A DNA stretch of 64,000 bases from Intestinimonas sp. (lineage in GTDB: Bacteria; Bacillota; Clostridia; Oscillospirales; Oscillospiraceae), in the NCBI GenBank assembly GCA_022653075.1, contig JALCSB010000001.1, positions 128,327 to 192,326 on the forward strand, written 5' to 3'. Every line of letters starts with the position of its first letter. Within the stretch, counting starts at the first letter, position 1. Both the position numbers and the translations under genes were made by a program. This document shows, piece after piece, positions 1-9,262 of the stretch. Below the pieces are notes generated by a model. The model was not told the DNA's origin, did not search any database, and saw only the letters and a list, made by a program, of their open reading frames with translations.

Positions 1-488
1 ACGGCGTTCATTTTGTCGCAAACGGTCTCCGCGTTCCAGGGCTTGACCGTGGGAATACCCATGCCGCCGTTTTGACCGATGACCTTGGTGGCCGAAGTCA
101 TGACATCGGGGTTAGTGCCGTCGCCCGTGAAGGCGGCGATGCCCGCTTCCGCGCAGGCGGTTACCAGAACATCATTATAAGTAAGATCGTTGTATTTATC
201 GCCATAGTGGAGATTTACGGCACCCACCGGACCGGCGAAAAAGGGGTACCGGAAGGTGCGCCCGAACAACTGACAGGCGGTATCTACCGGGCCGCCGGCG
301 GTCAGCGTGTCCATGTTGATACGGATTTCTTTCCACTTATCATAATTTCGAATGGCCGTGTCGCCCACGCCTTTGGCGCCTGGCCCGGGAATCTGGTTGC
401 GACAGGCTCTGCCGTTACATTCCGGACACCCCTTGCAGTACGTTCCAAGACAGGTTCGCGCGTGTTCAATTACTTCTGCATAAGTCAT
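1..488 (-). CDS. FMN-dependent alpha-hydroxy-acid dehydrogenase/oxidase family protein (N-terminal part only, gene runs off the window)
   Basis: Not in the ORF track because no stop lies in the window. Minus-strand ATG at 488..486 follows GGAGGATTCGGT. Own translation: MTYAEVIEHARTCLGTYCKGCPECNGRACRNQIPGPGAKGVGDTAIRNYDKW...GPVGAVNLHYGD...GGMGIPTVKPW, resembling the Cys-rich N-terminus of clostridial FMN_dh-type proteins. Confidence 0.5.
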   Translation of the reverse strand, partial: MTYAEVIEHARTCLGTYCKGCPECNGRACRNQIPGPGAKGVGDTAIRNYDKWKEIRINMDTLTAGGPVDTACQLFGRTFRYPFFAGPVGAVNLHYGDKYNDLTYNDVLVTACAEAGIAAFTGDGTNPDVMTSATKVIGQNGGMGIPTVKPWNAETVCDKMNA

Positions 489-793
489 ACCGAATCCTCC
501 TTTTTATTGTGGGTAAAGCTTGCACCTTTTTTGAGTGTAGCACAAAGGCGAAGGATAGTCCAGCAGACAATAAGGGAGAAAAAAACGGCGCTTTTTTGGA
601 AAAGGAATAAAAGCAGAAAAAACACCGCAATATGGGAGGATTTTCCGAGATATGCTACAAAAGTGCAGCCTGCAGGAAGTATATGGAGATGACAGCGGTG
701 GGCCGCTTTACAAAACGTTGGGCGCGGAGGTATAATAAAAAACAAATCGTTCCCATGGCCGCAGTATGGCCTCGGAACAGAGGAAGTGGTACC

Positions 794-1645
794 ATGAAAA
801 CCGGGATTGTGTTGGAAGGAGGGGCCCTGCGCACGATTTTTTCCAGCGGTGCCTGTGATGGATTGCTGGAGGCCGATCTGATGCCCGATTATGTGATCGG
901 CGTTTCGGCGGGCATCGCCTACGGGGTAAGTTATGTCTCCCGGCAGAAGAAACGCAATCTGGAGATTTTAACCAGGTATGCCAACGACAAGCGCTATATG
1001 GGTAAGCGGAATCTGCTTGTCCCCAGAAACCGCTGCTATTTTGGTTTGAAATTTACTTATGACGACATTCCCAACCGGCTCGTGCCGTTTGACTATGAGG
1101 CTTTTTCCGCTTTTCCTGGAGAAGTGGAGGCAGTGGTCACCAATTTGAACACGGGGAAGGCGGAGTATCTGCCGGTACCCCGAAGGGACGACAAATTTCT
1201 GATGCTTCAGGCCACTTGCGCCATGCCGCTGCTGTTCCCCATATTCCGCCTGGATGGAAAACCCTGCCTGGACGGGGGAGCTGCTGATGCCATTCCCTAT
1301 CAGCGGGCGTTCGATATGGGCTGCGACCGCGTGGTGGTTATCCTGACCCGGGAGCGGGACTATATCCGCCAGCCGGAAAAGCTCCAGCCGTTCATTGACC
1401 TGCGTTACCGCCATTACCCCAATTTCTGCCGTACGATGCGGGAGCGGGCGGACAGGTATAACGCGTCCCGGCGGCGCCTGTTTGATCTGGAGCGGGAGGG
1501 AAAGGCTTTGCTTCTTGCGCCGGAGAATACGGTGGGCTTTTCCCGGATTGAAAGGGACGTGGATAAGATCAGAAACCTCTGGCGGGACGGTTATGAGAAA
1601 GCGTTGGCCCGACAGGAAGAGATCCGCGCTTTTTGGAGTCAATAA
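794..1645 (+). CDS. patatin-like phospholipase family protein
   Basis: MKTGIVLEGGALRTIF (oxyanion G-G-x-R), GVSAGIAYG (GxSxG nucleophile elbow) and DGGAAD (catalytic Asp). Start moved to the ATG at 794, after a purine-rich RBS, within track ORF 632..1645. Confidence 0.8.
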   Translation: MKTGIVLEGGALRTIFSSGACDGLLEADLMPDYVIGVSAGIAYGVSYVSRQKKRNLEILTRYANDKRYMGKRNLLVPRNRCYFGLKFTYDDIPNRLVPFDYEAFSAFPGEVEAVVTNLNTGKAEYLPVPRRDDKFLMLQATCAMPLLFPIFRLDGKPCLDGGAADAIPYQRAFDMGCDRVVVILTRERDYIRQPEKLQPFIDLRYRHYPNFCRTMRERADRYNASRRRLFDLEREGKALLLAPENTVGFSRIERDVDKIRNLWRDGYEKALARQEEIRAFWSQ

Positions 1646-1727
1646 TGGTACGGAATGGTACGGCGGCACCGCTAATTTAAACGGTGCCGCCGTATTTTGA
1701 TGGAGGGAAATGGACGCTTGCGGGAGA

Positions 1728-2246
1728 TTACACGCCCAGGTTTGTTTTAATCGACTTTGCCACGTCGTCGGACTTATCGCACATAACCAACAGATACGTG
1801 CCGTCGCTCAGCTTTTCCACCTTTGCGGCGTTAGCGATGTCATATTGGTCGGCCCCATTGTCCTGATAGGTCTGCTTCTGACTGCTTACATAACTGTCCA
1901 GTCCTTTTTTCACCGTGTCGTTCTTGTCGGCGGCGGGCCGAATCAGGGCGATGGCGTAGGCGTTGGTATTTACCGAAGAAATGGAGATGGCATACGAAGT
2001 CATATCGTCCGCCGTGACGCCCAGAAGCGGAAAAATCTCATCAGCGTACTGGTCTCCGGAGGTGGTGATGAGAGGATAGTTAGTGTTGTCTGCCTCCGAG
2101 CGGGCACTCTGGATGGCGCTGACAAAGTTCTGGGTAATTTCTTCCGGTGTTTTGACATCCTGGCTGGGGTTGGCTGTGGTGCGGGTACAGCCGCTTAGAA
2201 CAAGAGCCAGCAGAGTCAAGGGCAAGAAAAAACGTTTCATTTTCAT
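1728..2246 (-). CDS. lipoprotein, DUF4358-like
   Basis: Signal peptide with lipobox (LLALVLSGC). Size and C-terminal pattern resemble small clostridial DUF4358 lipoproteins. Family assignment is tentative. Confidence 0.55.
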   Translation of the reverse strand: MKMKRFFLPLTLLALVLSGCTRTTANPSQDVKTPEEITQNFVSAIQSARSEADNTNYPLITTSGDQYADEIFPLLGVTADDMTSYAISISSVNTNAYAIALIRPAADKNDTVKKGLDSYVSSQKQTYQDNGADQYDIANAAKVEKLSDGTYLLVMCDKSDDVAKSIKTNLGV

Positions 2247-2279
2247 AAGTTAACTTCTCCTTTGTTTTAAATGGGGGAT

Positions 2280-4829
2280 TTAAGAGGCGGCAGGCGGCGC
2301 CGAATGGGGCAGCAGGCTTGCCTTCCCATTGGCGATGTCGGGGGTAGCCGCCTCCTCGGGCCCAGTTTCCCGAATGGCGGGGGGGGCAGCAAGGGGTTGG
2401 GGACAGAGCTGAATGGTGGTTCCGTCCGTTTGGGCCCGTACATGGCCTCCCGAGGCGACCGCGCCGGAGAGCAGAAGTTCAGCCAGCGGATTTTCAATGT
2501 TACTGCGGATGGCACGTCGGAGGGGACGCGCTCCATTAGCGGGGTCGGTACCTTCCCGGCATAACAGGTCCAGCACGGGACCCGGCACGTCCAGAGAAAC
2601 GCCCAGTGGTTCCAGACGCTTGGAAAGAGCACGGATTAGATCTTTGGCGATCTGCTGTAATTCCGCCGGCTCAAGGGGATGGAACAGGATGATTTCATCC
2701 AGCCGGTTGAGAAATTCCGGACGGAACACGCGGCGCAGATCATCCATGACCGCTGAGGAAATGGCGTTTTTCCCGTTTTCCTTCGAATCGGAAGGGCGGA
2801 AGCCCAACCGTGCCCCGCCGCTGACAATGTGTTCAGCCCCGGTGTTGGAGGTCAAGACTACCACCGCGTTGCGAAAATCCACGTGGTGGCCTTGGGCGTC
2901 GGTCAGAATGCCGTCTTCCATGATTTGGAGGAGAAGACTCCACACATCCGGGTGGGCTTTCTCAATTTCATCGAACAGGACCACACAGTATGGCCGGCGA
3001 CGAACCTGTTCCGTCAGCTGGCCGCCCTCATCATATCCCACATAGCCCGGCGGCGAGCCGATGAGCCGGGAGACCGTATGCCGTTCCATATATTCCGACA
3101 TATCAAACCGCAGCAGGGCCTCCTCGGTGCCGAACATGGCCTCTGCCAGCGCCTTGCACAGCTCGGTTTTCCCCACACCAGTGGGGCCGAGAAACAGAAA
3201 GGCCCCCACAGGGCGGTTTGGTTCTTTGATTCCCGTCCGGCCGCGGCGCACCGCGCGGGCCACGGCGGAAACCGCTTTTTCCTGGCCCACCACGCGTTGG
3301 TGCAGCGCGCTTTCCAGGCCCATAAGCCGCGCCGATTCGGCCTGAGTCAGGCTGGTCACCGGGATACCGGTCCAATCGGACACCACTGCGGCCACATCTT
3401 CGGGCCCCACCTGATTGGGTGGATGCTGAAGCCTCCAGAGTGCACGCTGCAGTTCCAGCTCCCGGCAAAAGTCCGCCTCCGCATTCCACAGCATGGCCGC
3501 CTCTTTATAGCTCTGACGGCGGATGGCGTCCTCTTTTTGGCGGGTGGTGCGTCCGATTCGTTCCTCCAAAGTCCGCAGCAGAGGGGGGGTAGAGAGCGTT
3601 TCCAGACGGACCCGGGCGGCCGCCTCGTCCATCAGGTCCACAGCCTTATCCGGTAGAAAACGGGCGGGAAGATAACGGCAGGAGAGTGTTACGGCGGCGG
3701 AGAGTGCCTCATCGGTGATATGCAGCTTGTGATGAGTTTCATATTTACCGCGCAGACTGCGGAGAATGGCCAGCGTTGTGTCCCGGCTGGGTTCCTCTAC
3801 TAAGACGGGCTGGAACCGGCGTTCCAGCGCGGCATCCTTTTCGATATAGCGGCGATATTCATCCAGCGTAGTGGCCCCGATAACCTGAATGTCGCCCCGC
3901 CCCAAGGCTGGTTTAATGATATTGGCGGCGTCGATGGCGCCCTCTGCGCTGCCGGCGCCCACGATGGTGTGCAGTTCATCCAGAAAAAGAATGATGTTTC
4001 CGGCGCGGCGCACCTCCGCCAGGATGTTTTTGACCCGTTCCTCGAACTCTCCCCGGTATTTGGTGCCCGCCACCATGGTGGACAGCTCCAGCGAAAGAAG
4101 ATGCTTACCGCGTAGTTCCTCCGGCACGGTGCCCTCCGCGATGCGGCAGGCCAGAGCTTCCGCCACGGCAGTCTTTCCGACGCCGGGTTCACCGATCAGC
4201 GCCGGGTTATTTTTTCTGCGGCGGGACAGGATTTGAATGACCCGGCGCAGCTCCTTATCCCGGCCAACGACCGGATCCAACGCTCCATCGGCGGCTGCCC
4301 GTGTTAAATCTCGGGAAAATTGGTCCAGCAATTTTAATTCCCTCCGTTCCGCAGATTCCCGCTCACTGCAAGGTTTTCCCCCGCTCTGGGAGGTCCCTTC
4401 CAGAGCCGCCTGCATGTTGTCGTACATTTGAGCCGGTTTTATGCCGCCTTGCGTCAGAACGCTGGCGGCCGTGCTGTCTTTTTGCTGTAAAATGCCCATC
4501 AGAAGATGTTCGGTTCCCACAAAGCGCCGACCTAAGCGCTCTGCTTCGTCCAGCGCGTGCTCGATCACAGACCGGCACCTGGGAGTAAGGCCCTGAAAAG
4601 GCATGCGTGACGGTGCACCTACGCCCACCAGATGGATCACGGCGGCCTGAATGGACGATGGGGTCAGGCCGGCACCCGCCAGCACCCGCGCGGCCATACC
4701 GTGCCCCTCCTGCGCAAGGCCCAGCAAAAGATGCTCGGTGCCGATATAGCTGTGACCCAATTGAGCAGCGTAGGCCTGCGCCAGCTTCAGGGCTGCTTGA
4801 GAACTTTTGGTGAATCTGTTTTCCCGAAT
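2280..4829 (-). CDS. clpC: ATP-dependent Clp protease ATP-binding subunit ClpC (class III AAA+ chaperone)
   Basis: Two Walker A motifs (GEPGVGKT, GPTGVGKT), Clp N-repeats (GHSYIGTEHLLLGL / FVGTEHLLMGIL) and a UVR-like middle region. The conserved N-terminus (IRENRFTKSSQAALKLAQAYAAQ) extends upstream of the first ATG/GTG/TTG to an ATT at 4829, preceded by GGAGGAGG. Confidence 0.9.
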   Translation of the reverse strand: MRENRFTKSSQAALKLAQAYAAQLGHSYIGTEHLLLGLAQEGHGMAARVLAGAGLTPSSIQAAVIHLVGVGAPSRMPFQGLTPRCRSVIEHALDEAERLGRRFVGTEHLLMGILQQKDSTAASVLTQGGIKPAQMYDNMQAALEGTSQSGGKPCSERESAERRELKLLDQFSRDLTRAAADGALDPVVGRDKELRRVIQILSRRRKNNPALIGEPGVGKTAVAEALACRIAEGTVPEELRGKHLLSLELSTMVAGTKYRGEFEERVKNILAEVRRAGNIILFLDELHTIVGAGSAEGAIDAANIIKPALGRGDIQVIGATTLDEYRRYIEKDAALERRFQPVLVEEPSRDTTLAILRSLRGKYETHHKLHITDEALSAAVTLSCRYLPARFLPDKAVDLMDEAAARVRLETLSTPPLLRTLEERIGRTTRQKEDAIRRQSYKEAAMLWNAEADFCRELELQRALWRLQHPPNQVGPEDVAAVVSDWTGIPVTSLTQAESARLMGLESALHQRVVGQEKAVSAVARAVRRGRTGIKEPNRPVGAFLFLGPTGVGKTELCKALAEAMFGTEEALLRFDMSEYMERHTVSRLIGSPPGYVGYDEGGQLTEQVRRRPYCVVLFDEIEKAHPDVWSLLLQIMEDGILTDAQGHHVDFRNAVVVLTSNTGAEHIVSGGARLGFRPSDSKENGKNAISSAVMDDLRRVFRPEFLNRLDEIILFHPLEPAELQQIAKDLIRALSKRLEPLGVSLDVPGPVLDLLCREGTDPANGARPLRRAIRSNIENPLAELLLSGAVASGGHVRAQTDGTTIQLCPQPLAAPPAIRETGPEEAATPDIANGKASLLPHSAPPAAS

Positions 4830-5126
4830 GAAGGGTCACCTCCTCCTTTTGCCGGCGCGTGGGCACCGCGCAGCCGGTTTGCGTGTGCCTGAGAGCGGGC
4901 GGACAATTCCAGCTCGGGAGCCAATGTCCCCGAGAACTCCACGCGGAATGAAGCCTGGTCCTTTTTCATTTCATTTGCCCCTTCCTGCAGAAACTGTATG
5001 ATTTTCCGACTGGAAGAAGTATACCCATAAATTCACAGGATATGGCCAATTTTTCAAAGAAACAGGGATTGCATTTTTTAAAATCTGTGCTAAAATAACA
5101 TCATACTTATTTTGGAGGTGTTCCCC

Positions 5127-5297
5127 ATGGCCTATGTCATCAGCGATGCCTGTGTGAGTTGTGGCGCTTGTGAGAGTGCTTGCCCCACTGGAGCGATCTC
5201 TCAGGGCGATTCTCAGTTTGTAATCGACGCCAATACCTGCATTGACTGCGGTAGCTGTGCTGATACCTGCCCCACTGGAGCAATTTCCCAGGGCTGA
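5127..5297 (+). CDS. fdx: 2x[4Fe-4S] clostridial-type ferredoxin
   Basis: MAYVISDACVSCGACESACPTGAISQG...CIDCGSCADTCPTGAI contains two CxxCxxCxxxCP motifs in 56 aa. GGAGGTG RBS lies upstream of the ATG at 5127. Confidence 0.92.
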   Translation: MAYVISDACVSCGACESACPTGAISQGDSQFVIDANTCIDCGSCADTCPTGAISQG

Positions 5298-5315
5298 GTT
5301 GCACACAACAAAAGG

Positions 5316-5347
5316 CAGCGGCATGATTTTCATGCCGCTGTTTTTTA
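5316..5347 (+). terminator. rho-independent terminator of the ferredoxin gene
   Basis: Stem CAGCGGCATG / CATGCCGCTG with loop ATTTT, followed by TTTTTT. Confidence 0.8.
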
Positions 5348-5564
5348 GCTTGAGTTGTAAATTTATAGATAATATGGGAAATTGAGATCGCTGTTTTGGG
5401 CCTTACGCTCCACCGGGAATGGTTTCCCAAATAATCAGGAAATGGTGCAGGGAGGAAGGTATGTGCGGAACAGCGGGTCCCCTTTCTTGAAGCTGCATAA
5501 AAGGCATTGGTAATTTTGTAATAAAATGTTTACACAAAATTTATGAAATATACCATTTTGTCTC

Positions 5565-5593
5565 TTGCATATTTATGACCGCCGGATTATAAT
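5565..5593 (+). promoter_or_regulatory. sigma-70-type promoter (TTGCAT - 17 nt - TATAAT)
   Basis: TTGCAT at 5565..5570 and TATAAT at 5588..5593 with a 17-nt spacer, about 30 nt upstream of a strong RBS and the micro-ORF. Confidence 0.55.
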
Positions 5594-5625
5594 AAGCACA
5601 GTTAAAAGAAAAGGAGGTGTTGAAT

Positions 5626-5712
5626 ATGACGAAGGACACACATGCTCATGTTCCTGATGGAGAAGATTTGATGTTTGGCGGAGAAGATGTCATGGTCATC
5701 AGTGAGCGGTAA
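5626..5712 (+). CDS. 28-aa acidic micro-protein (MTKDTHAHVPDGEDLMFGGEDVMVISER)
   Basis: AAAGGAGGTG RBS lies 6 nt upstream of the ATG. It has its own promoter and its own terminator (CCACACC/GGTGTGG plus T-tract, 5747..5775). It is below the ORF-track size cutoff. Confidence 0.4.
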   Translation: MTKDTHAHVPDGEDLMFGGEDVMVISER

Positions 5713-5746
5713 TGTAAGTGTAAATTGAGTCTGGACAAAGAAGTAC

Positions 5747-5775
5747 CCACACCAGTTTTTGGTGTGGCTTTTTTA
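5747..5775 (+). terminator. rho-independent terminator after the micro-ORF
   Basis: Stem CCACACC / GGTGTGG followed by CTTTTTTAT. Confidence 0.6.
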
Positions 5776-5905
5776 TTTCTTTTGTAAATTTTTCTTGTGC
5801 AATATTCTTCGCAAAAAAATGCAGATTTTGTATAAAATAGAGTTAACATTCTTTCTATCATAATCAGACGAAAAGAATGATGAGTGTTGAGAGGGGCGAT
5901 GGAAA

Positions 5906-6598
5906 ATGAAACGGCTGCCGCGTATTTTAACTTGTCTGCTGATTGTTTTCATCCTGGGATTGCTGTTGTTTCTGGCGGAAACCGGATTCTTCTCCGCAGC
6001 TATGTCAATGGAAACCATGCGGGCCTATATCCGGCATTTTTCGCCCTACTCTCAGATTATATTTTTTATCATTCAGCTTGCCTCCGTCATTGTGGCCCCC
6101 ATTCCCAGCAATGTGACGGCGGCTGCGGGTGCCGTGGTATTTGACATGTGGACCTGCTTCTGGCTGACCTGCGGTGCGGTTCTGCTCGGCTCTGTGCTGG
6201 TGTTCTGGCTGGCTCGCGCGCTGGGGAAGCAGTTTGTAGTCCGAATTGTGAGCAAAAAGCTGACGGAACGATATCTGTCCATTATCCAAAAAAAACGTGA
6301 TGTTTTTCTGGCCTTGGCGTTCCTGCTCCCATTTTTTCCCGATGATATTCTCTGCATCTTGGCGGGGTTAACTGATATTCAGGCCAGAAGATTTTTTTTC
6401 ATAGCTGTGTGCACCCGCCCTTGGGGTTTGCTCGTGTCGTGTGCGGTGGGAAGTTCGCTTCTCAGTTTTACGCCCGCCGGCTTGATCTTTGCCGGGTCGA
6501 TCGGAGTCGAACTGTTTTTGCTGGGCCTTAAATATGGCGATCGTGTGGAGCAGTTCCTGCTTCGGAGGCTAAGCCGGGAAAGAGCGGTAAAACAATGA
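5906..6598 (+). CDS. TVP38/TMEM64 (DedA-related, SNARE-associated) family membrane protein
   Basis: Multi-pass membrane protein with PIPSNVTAAAGAVVF and FLLPFFPDDILCILAGLT segments typical of the family. Confidence 0.7.
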   Translation: MKRLPRILTCLLIVFILGLLLFLAETGFFSAAMSMETMRAYIRHFSPYSQIIFFIIQLASVIVAPIPSNVTAAAGAVVFDMWTCFWLTCGAVLLGSVLVFWLARALGKQFVVRIVSKKLTERYLSIIQKKRDVFLALAFLLPFFPDDILCILAGLTDIQARRFFFIAVCTRPWGLLVSCAVGSSLLSFTPAGLIFAGSIGVELFLLGLKYGDRVEQFLLRRLSRERAVKQ

Positions 6599-6742
6599 AA
6601 AAAGAAAACGCTATCCCCGGGTGAATAAAAGAAAATAGAATGGAGCTGCTGAGCGAATGGGGAAAGCTCAACAGCTCCATTTTCTATGACAACCGGCTTT
6701 GTTGGCCGGAGTCGCGCCATGCCGGGCGCGTGGGTGGGTGGC

Positions 6743-7582
6743 TCAGTTACAGTTGTTCCCGCAGGACCCGCGGAAGGGTGGATAGCTGCCGCCGGACAGT
6801 TCATTGGGCGGGAAAAACTCATTGACGGGGAAGTTTACTTGACTGAAAATTTCGCAGGGATCATCTTCGCTGCCGGCGTTGGTGCATTCCTTATCGGGCA
6901 TGCAGTAGTCATAGGCGGGGATGAGCAGCTGCGTGTCACGCTCCAGGCGGATGATGGAGAACTGGCCCAGTGTCACATAGACGCGCCGGCCTTCATTGCT
7001 GAAGCAGAGATCGCTTCCAAAGCAGGCGCAGATGCTGGGCGGGACCTCGGTCAGGTCACTGTCGCAGGGGCAATGATCACAGACGTCCACCAGACGCATG
7101 CTGAGTACGATGGGGTCCACGGCCTCGACCACCGCGATGGGAAGGTTGGTTCTGCCCATTTTGCGCGGGTCAGGCCCGTCGCAGGTACCGGCAGAGGTGA
7201 ATACTTTGGCGCTGCCTTCACTGCCGAACAGAATAACGCGCTTATCAAAGACCGCTAGGCCTGAGACTTCCACTGGGCGAGGCGCGCCGACAAAGGCGTC
7301 GGCAGTGATGCGGTAAAAGTAGCGAACGTCCACGGTGTAGAAACCCCGATGGTAGCCGGCAGGGTCAACGTCGATGTACACATGCAGCAGTTCCGCGGTA
7401 CCTGCCCGGATACTAATGGCGCGGTCCACGACGGCTTGGTCGTTCTTCGTGGGATAAAATCTCAGATCGTCGATACAATCTTTATCTTTGCAGGAATCAA
7501 AGATTTTCATAGTGTGTATACAGACCGCCTCCCGGATGCAGGCGTTATCCTGCACGGGACCGGGTACGACCTTTTCTGGCAT
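6743..7582 (-). CDS. Cys-rich conserved hypothetical protein
   Basis: AGGAGG RBS precedes the ATG at 7582 (MPEKVVPGP...). Many Cys residues in CxxC-like spacing (KIFDSCKDKDCIDD, VDVCDHCPCDSD, ICACFGSDLC, GSCGNNCN). Confidence 0.6.
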   Translation of the reverse strand: MPEKVVPGPVQDNACIREAVCIHTMKIFDSCKDKDCIDDLRFYPTKNDQAVVDRAISIRAGTAELLHVYIDVDPAGYHRGFYTVDVRYFYRITADAFVGAPRPVEVSGLAVFDKRVILFGSEGSAKVFTSAGTCDGPDPRKMGRTNLPIAVVEAVDPIVLSMRLVDVCDHCPCDSDLTEVPPSICACFGSDLCFSNEGRRVYVTLGQFSIIRLERDTQLLIPAYDYCMPDKECTNAGSEDDPCEIFSQVNFPVNEFFPPNELSGGSYPPFRGSCGNNCN

Positions 7583-7671
7583 TGCAATACCTCCTAGAAT
7601 GATGGTTTCCGGATAGGCTGGCTTCCATCCCATTCTATGAGGTGGGTGCGCTTCTGTGCATGCAGGGGAAA

Positions 7672-8718
7672 TCAGGACCAGGAAATGTTATTTTCCAGCG
7701 GAATGATATTTACATAAGAGCGGCCTGCGCCCAAGGACAGAGGAGAGCGGTCTTCCGTCGTGTAAATGAGAGGAGCATTCCGATCCGCTTTACTCCAGTG
7801 GATGGGAATCAGTTTTCCACCGCAGGCAAACCATCCGTCCCCACTTCCCGTAAGGGTGACGGACAGACGGCCTTTGTCATCGCCGGGGATGATGTGACAG
7901 TCGGTTTTCAGCACCAGAACGTTGGTAACCTCAACCTGAGCGCCGGTATCGCCGTCCACATAGGCCGCGCCATATTCGTCCACCTGATAGGTACGGGACT
8001 GCGCGTCATAAGTAAAGATTCCGGTTTTGTAGGAGGAGAAGGGCACGGTAATGCTGGTGGCCGCCTCACCATCCGACGGCGTGCCGGTTTCCGTAAAGGT
8101 TTGCGGATAAGAATAATCGTCCTCATGATCCAGTCGGATGCCGTAAGTGGGGAGCAGGGAGGAGATGGTATCGCCTGAGGTGAGGACGCTGTGTTCAAAT
8201 CCCATGTTTTTCCGGCGCTCTGGGTCTCGCCAGAACAAAGTACCCTCATAGGGTCCCCGGACGCAGTCCAGTGCCGTAACGTTCCAAGCTTGTATGTCGT
8301 CGTAGGCGGCCTCGCTGCCGCCGGCATGAAGATAGACCGCGTCCAGCCCTAAGGCCAGCTCCAGATAGTAGGGCCGGGATGAGCGCACGGATCCAATTTC
8401 ACCGACGCCGTCCACGTCCTGGAATACAGCCAGCATGCGGGTAATCCCGCCCTCCGCCGGCGCCTCATAGATGATGTCCGCCTGTGACACACCGAGCTGG
8501 GGCAGCGAGACACGAATGTTGTTCAGCATAATAGCAATAGGCCGGCGATTTAGAAAAGAGGCGTCCATGGACAGCCCGGTCAGCGGATTGACGGCGCGGT
8601 TCGTTTCTGCGGAGGCGGCCGGATCAGAAGACGGTGCCGCGGAGGAGCCGGGCGGTATGCCGCAGGCGGAAAGCATCAGCAGTAAAAGGAAAAGAGAGGG
8701 GATACAGCACTTTTTCAT
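7672..8718 (-). CDS. DUF3048 domain lipoprotein (YerB-like)
   Basis: Lipobox LMLSACG, then NPLTGL...RPIAIMLNN...QADIIYEAPAEGGITRMLAVFQD, characteristic of DUF3048. Confidence 0.8.
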   Translation of the reverse strand: MKKCCIPSLFLLLLMLSACGIPPGSSAAPSSDPAASAETNRAVNPLTGLSMDASFLNRRPIAIMLNNIRVSLPQLGVSQADIIYEAPAEGGITRMLAVFQDVDGVGEIGSVRSSRPYYLELALGLDAVYLHAGGSEAAYDDIQAWNVTALDCVRGPYEGTLFWRDPERRKNMGFEHSVLTSGDTISSLLPTYGIRLDHEDDYSYPQTFTETGTPSDGEAATSITVPFSSYKTGIFTYDAQSRTYQVDEYGAAYVDGDTGAQVEVTNVLVLKTDCHIIPGDDKGRLSVTLTGSGDGWFACGGKLIPIHWSKADRNAPLIYTTEDRSPLSLGAGRSYVNIIPLENNISWS

Positions 8719-8947
8719 GGCCGGTCGCTCCTTTCATTCAAGGAAATGGCAATTTTTAACAAATAAAATCATACCGCTTGTACGCAAGACTTGTCAAGGA
8801 GAACCGTTCCCGCCGTTCTACCCCGATCAGGCAGGAAATTCACCGGGAAGCACAGTTTCCTCTTTACTTTCATACTTCACTGAGGTAAAATGATGCTGTC
8901 ATAATGTCGGCCTCGGGCGGACAGAATAAGGAAAGCGAGGGCGTATC

Positions 8948-9262
8948 ATGAGCGTCAAGGACAAAAAAGAGCACGATGACCTGCTGTACGAAAGTATACT
9001 CAGCCTGAAGAATCTTGACGAATGCAAGAAGTTCTTTGAAGACTTGTGTACGGTTGCAGAGCTGCGGGCCATGGAGCAGCGGTTTGAGGTTGCACTTCTG
9101 CTCAGCGACGGCATGATTTATAACGATATTCTGGAGCGGACAGGTGCCAGCAGTGCTACCATCAGCAGGGTGAACCGCTCGCTCAATTACGGCGCGGACG
9201 GTTATAAAGACGTATTGCCGAGGGCAAAGGAGCTGCGAAAAAAACGTCATGAACAGTTATGA
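8948..9262 (+). CDS. YerC/YecD family TrpR-like protein
   Basis: LKNLDECKKFFEDLCTVAELRAMEQRFEVA...ERTGASSATISRVNRSLNYG matches the YerC/YecD pattern. Confidence 0.85.
   Translation: MSVKDKKEHDDLLYESILSLKNLDECKKFFEDLCTVAELRAMEQRFEVALLLSDGMIYNDILERTGASSATISRVNRSLNYGADGYKDVLPRAKELRKKRHEQL

Noticed and set aside
72-745. Track ORFs 72..692 (+) and 485..745 (-)
   Set aside because: 72..692 is antisense to a clearly coding minus-strand gene (FMN_dh-like, ATG at 488 with RBS). 485..745 spans an intergenic region and has no RBS. Neither shows protein-like composition.
968-1700. ORFs 968..1669 (-) and 1395..1700 (+) overlapping the patatin gene
   Set aside because: These are shadow ORFs typical of GC-rich DNA. 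They are Arg/Pro/Gly-rich and lack an RBS, and the patatin frame carries the catalytic motifs.
2267-4969. Many ORFs overlapping clpC on both strands (for example 2829..3656 +, 3889..4236 +, 4363..4866 -, 4787..4969 -)
   Set aside because: All overlap the well-supported ClpC frame. Their composition is low-complexity Arg/Ala/Pro-rich. 4787..4969 would overlap the clpC start and RBS and has no recognisable features.
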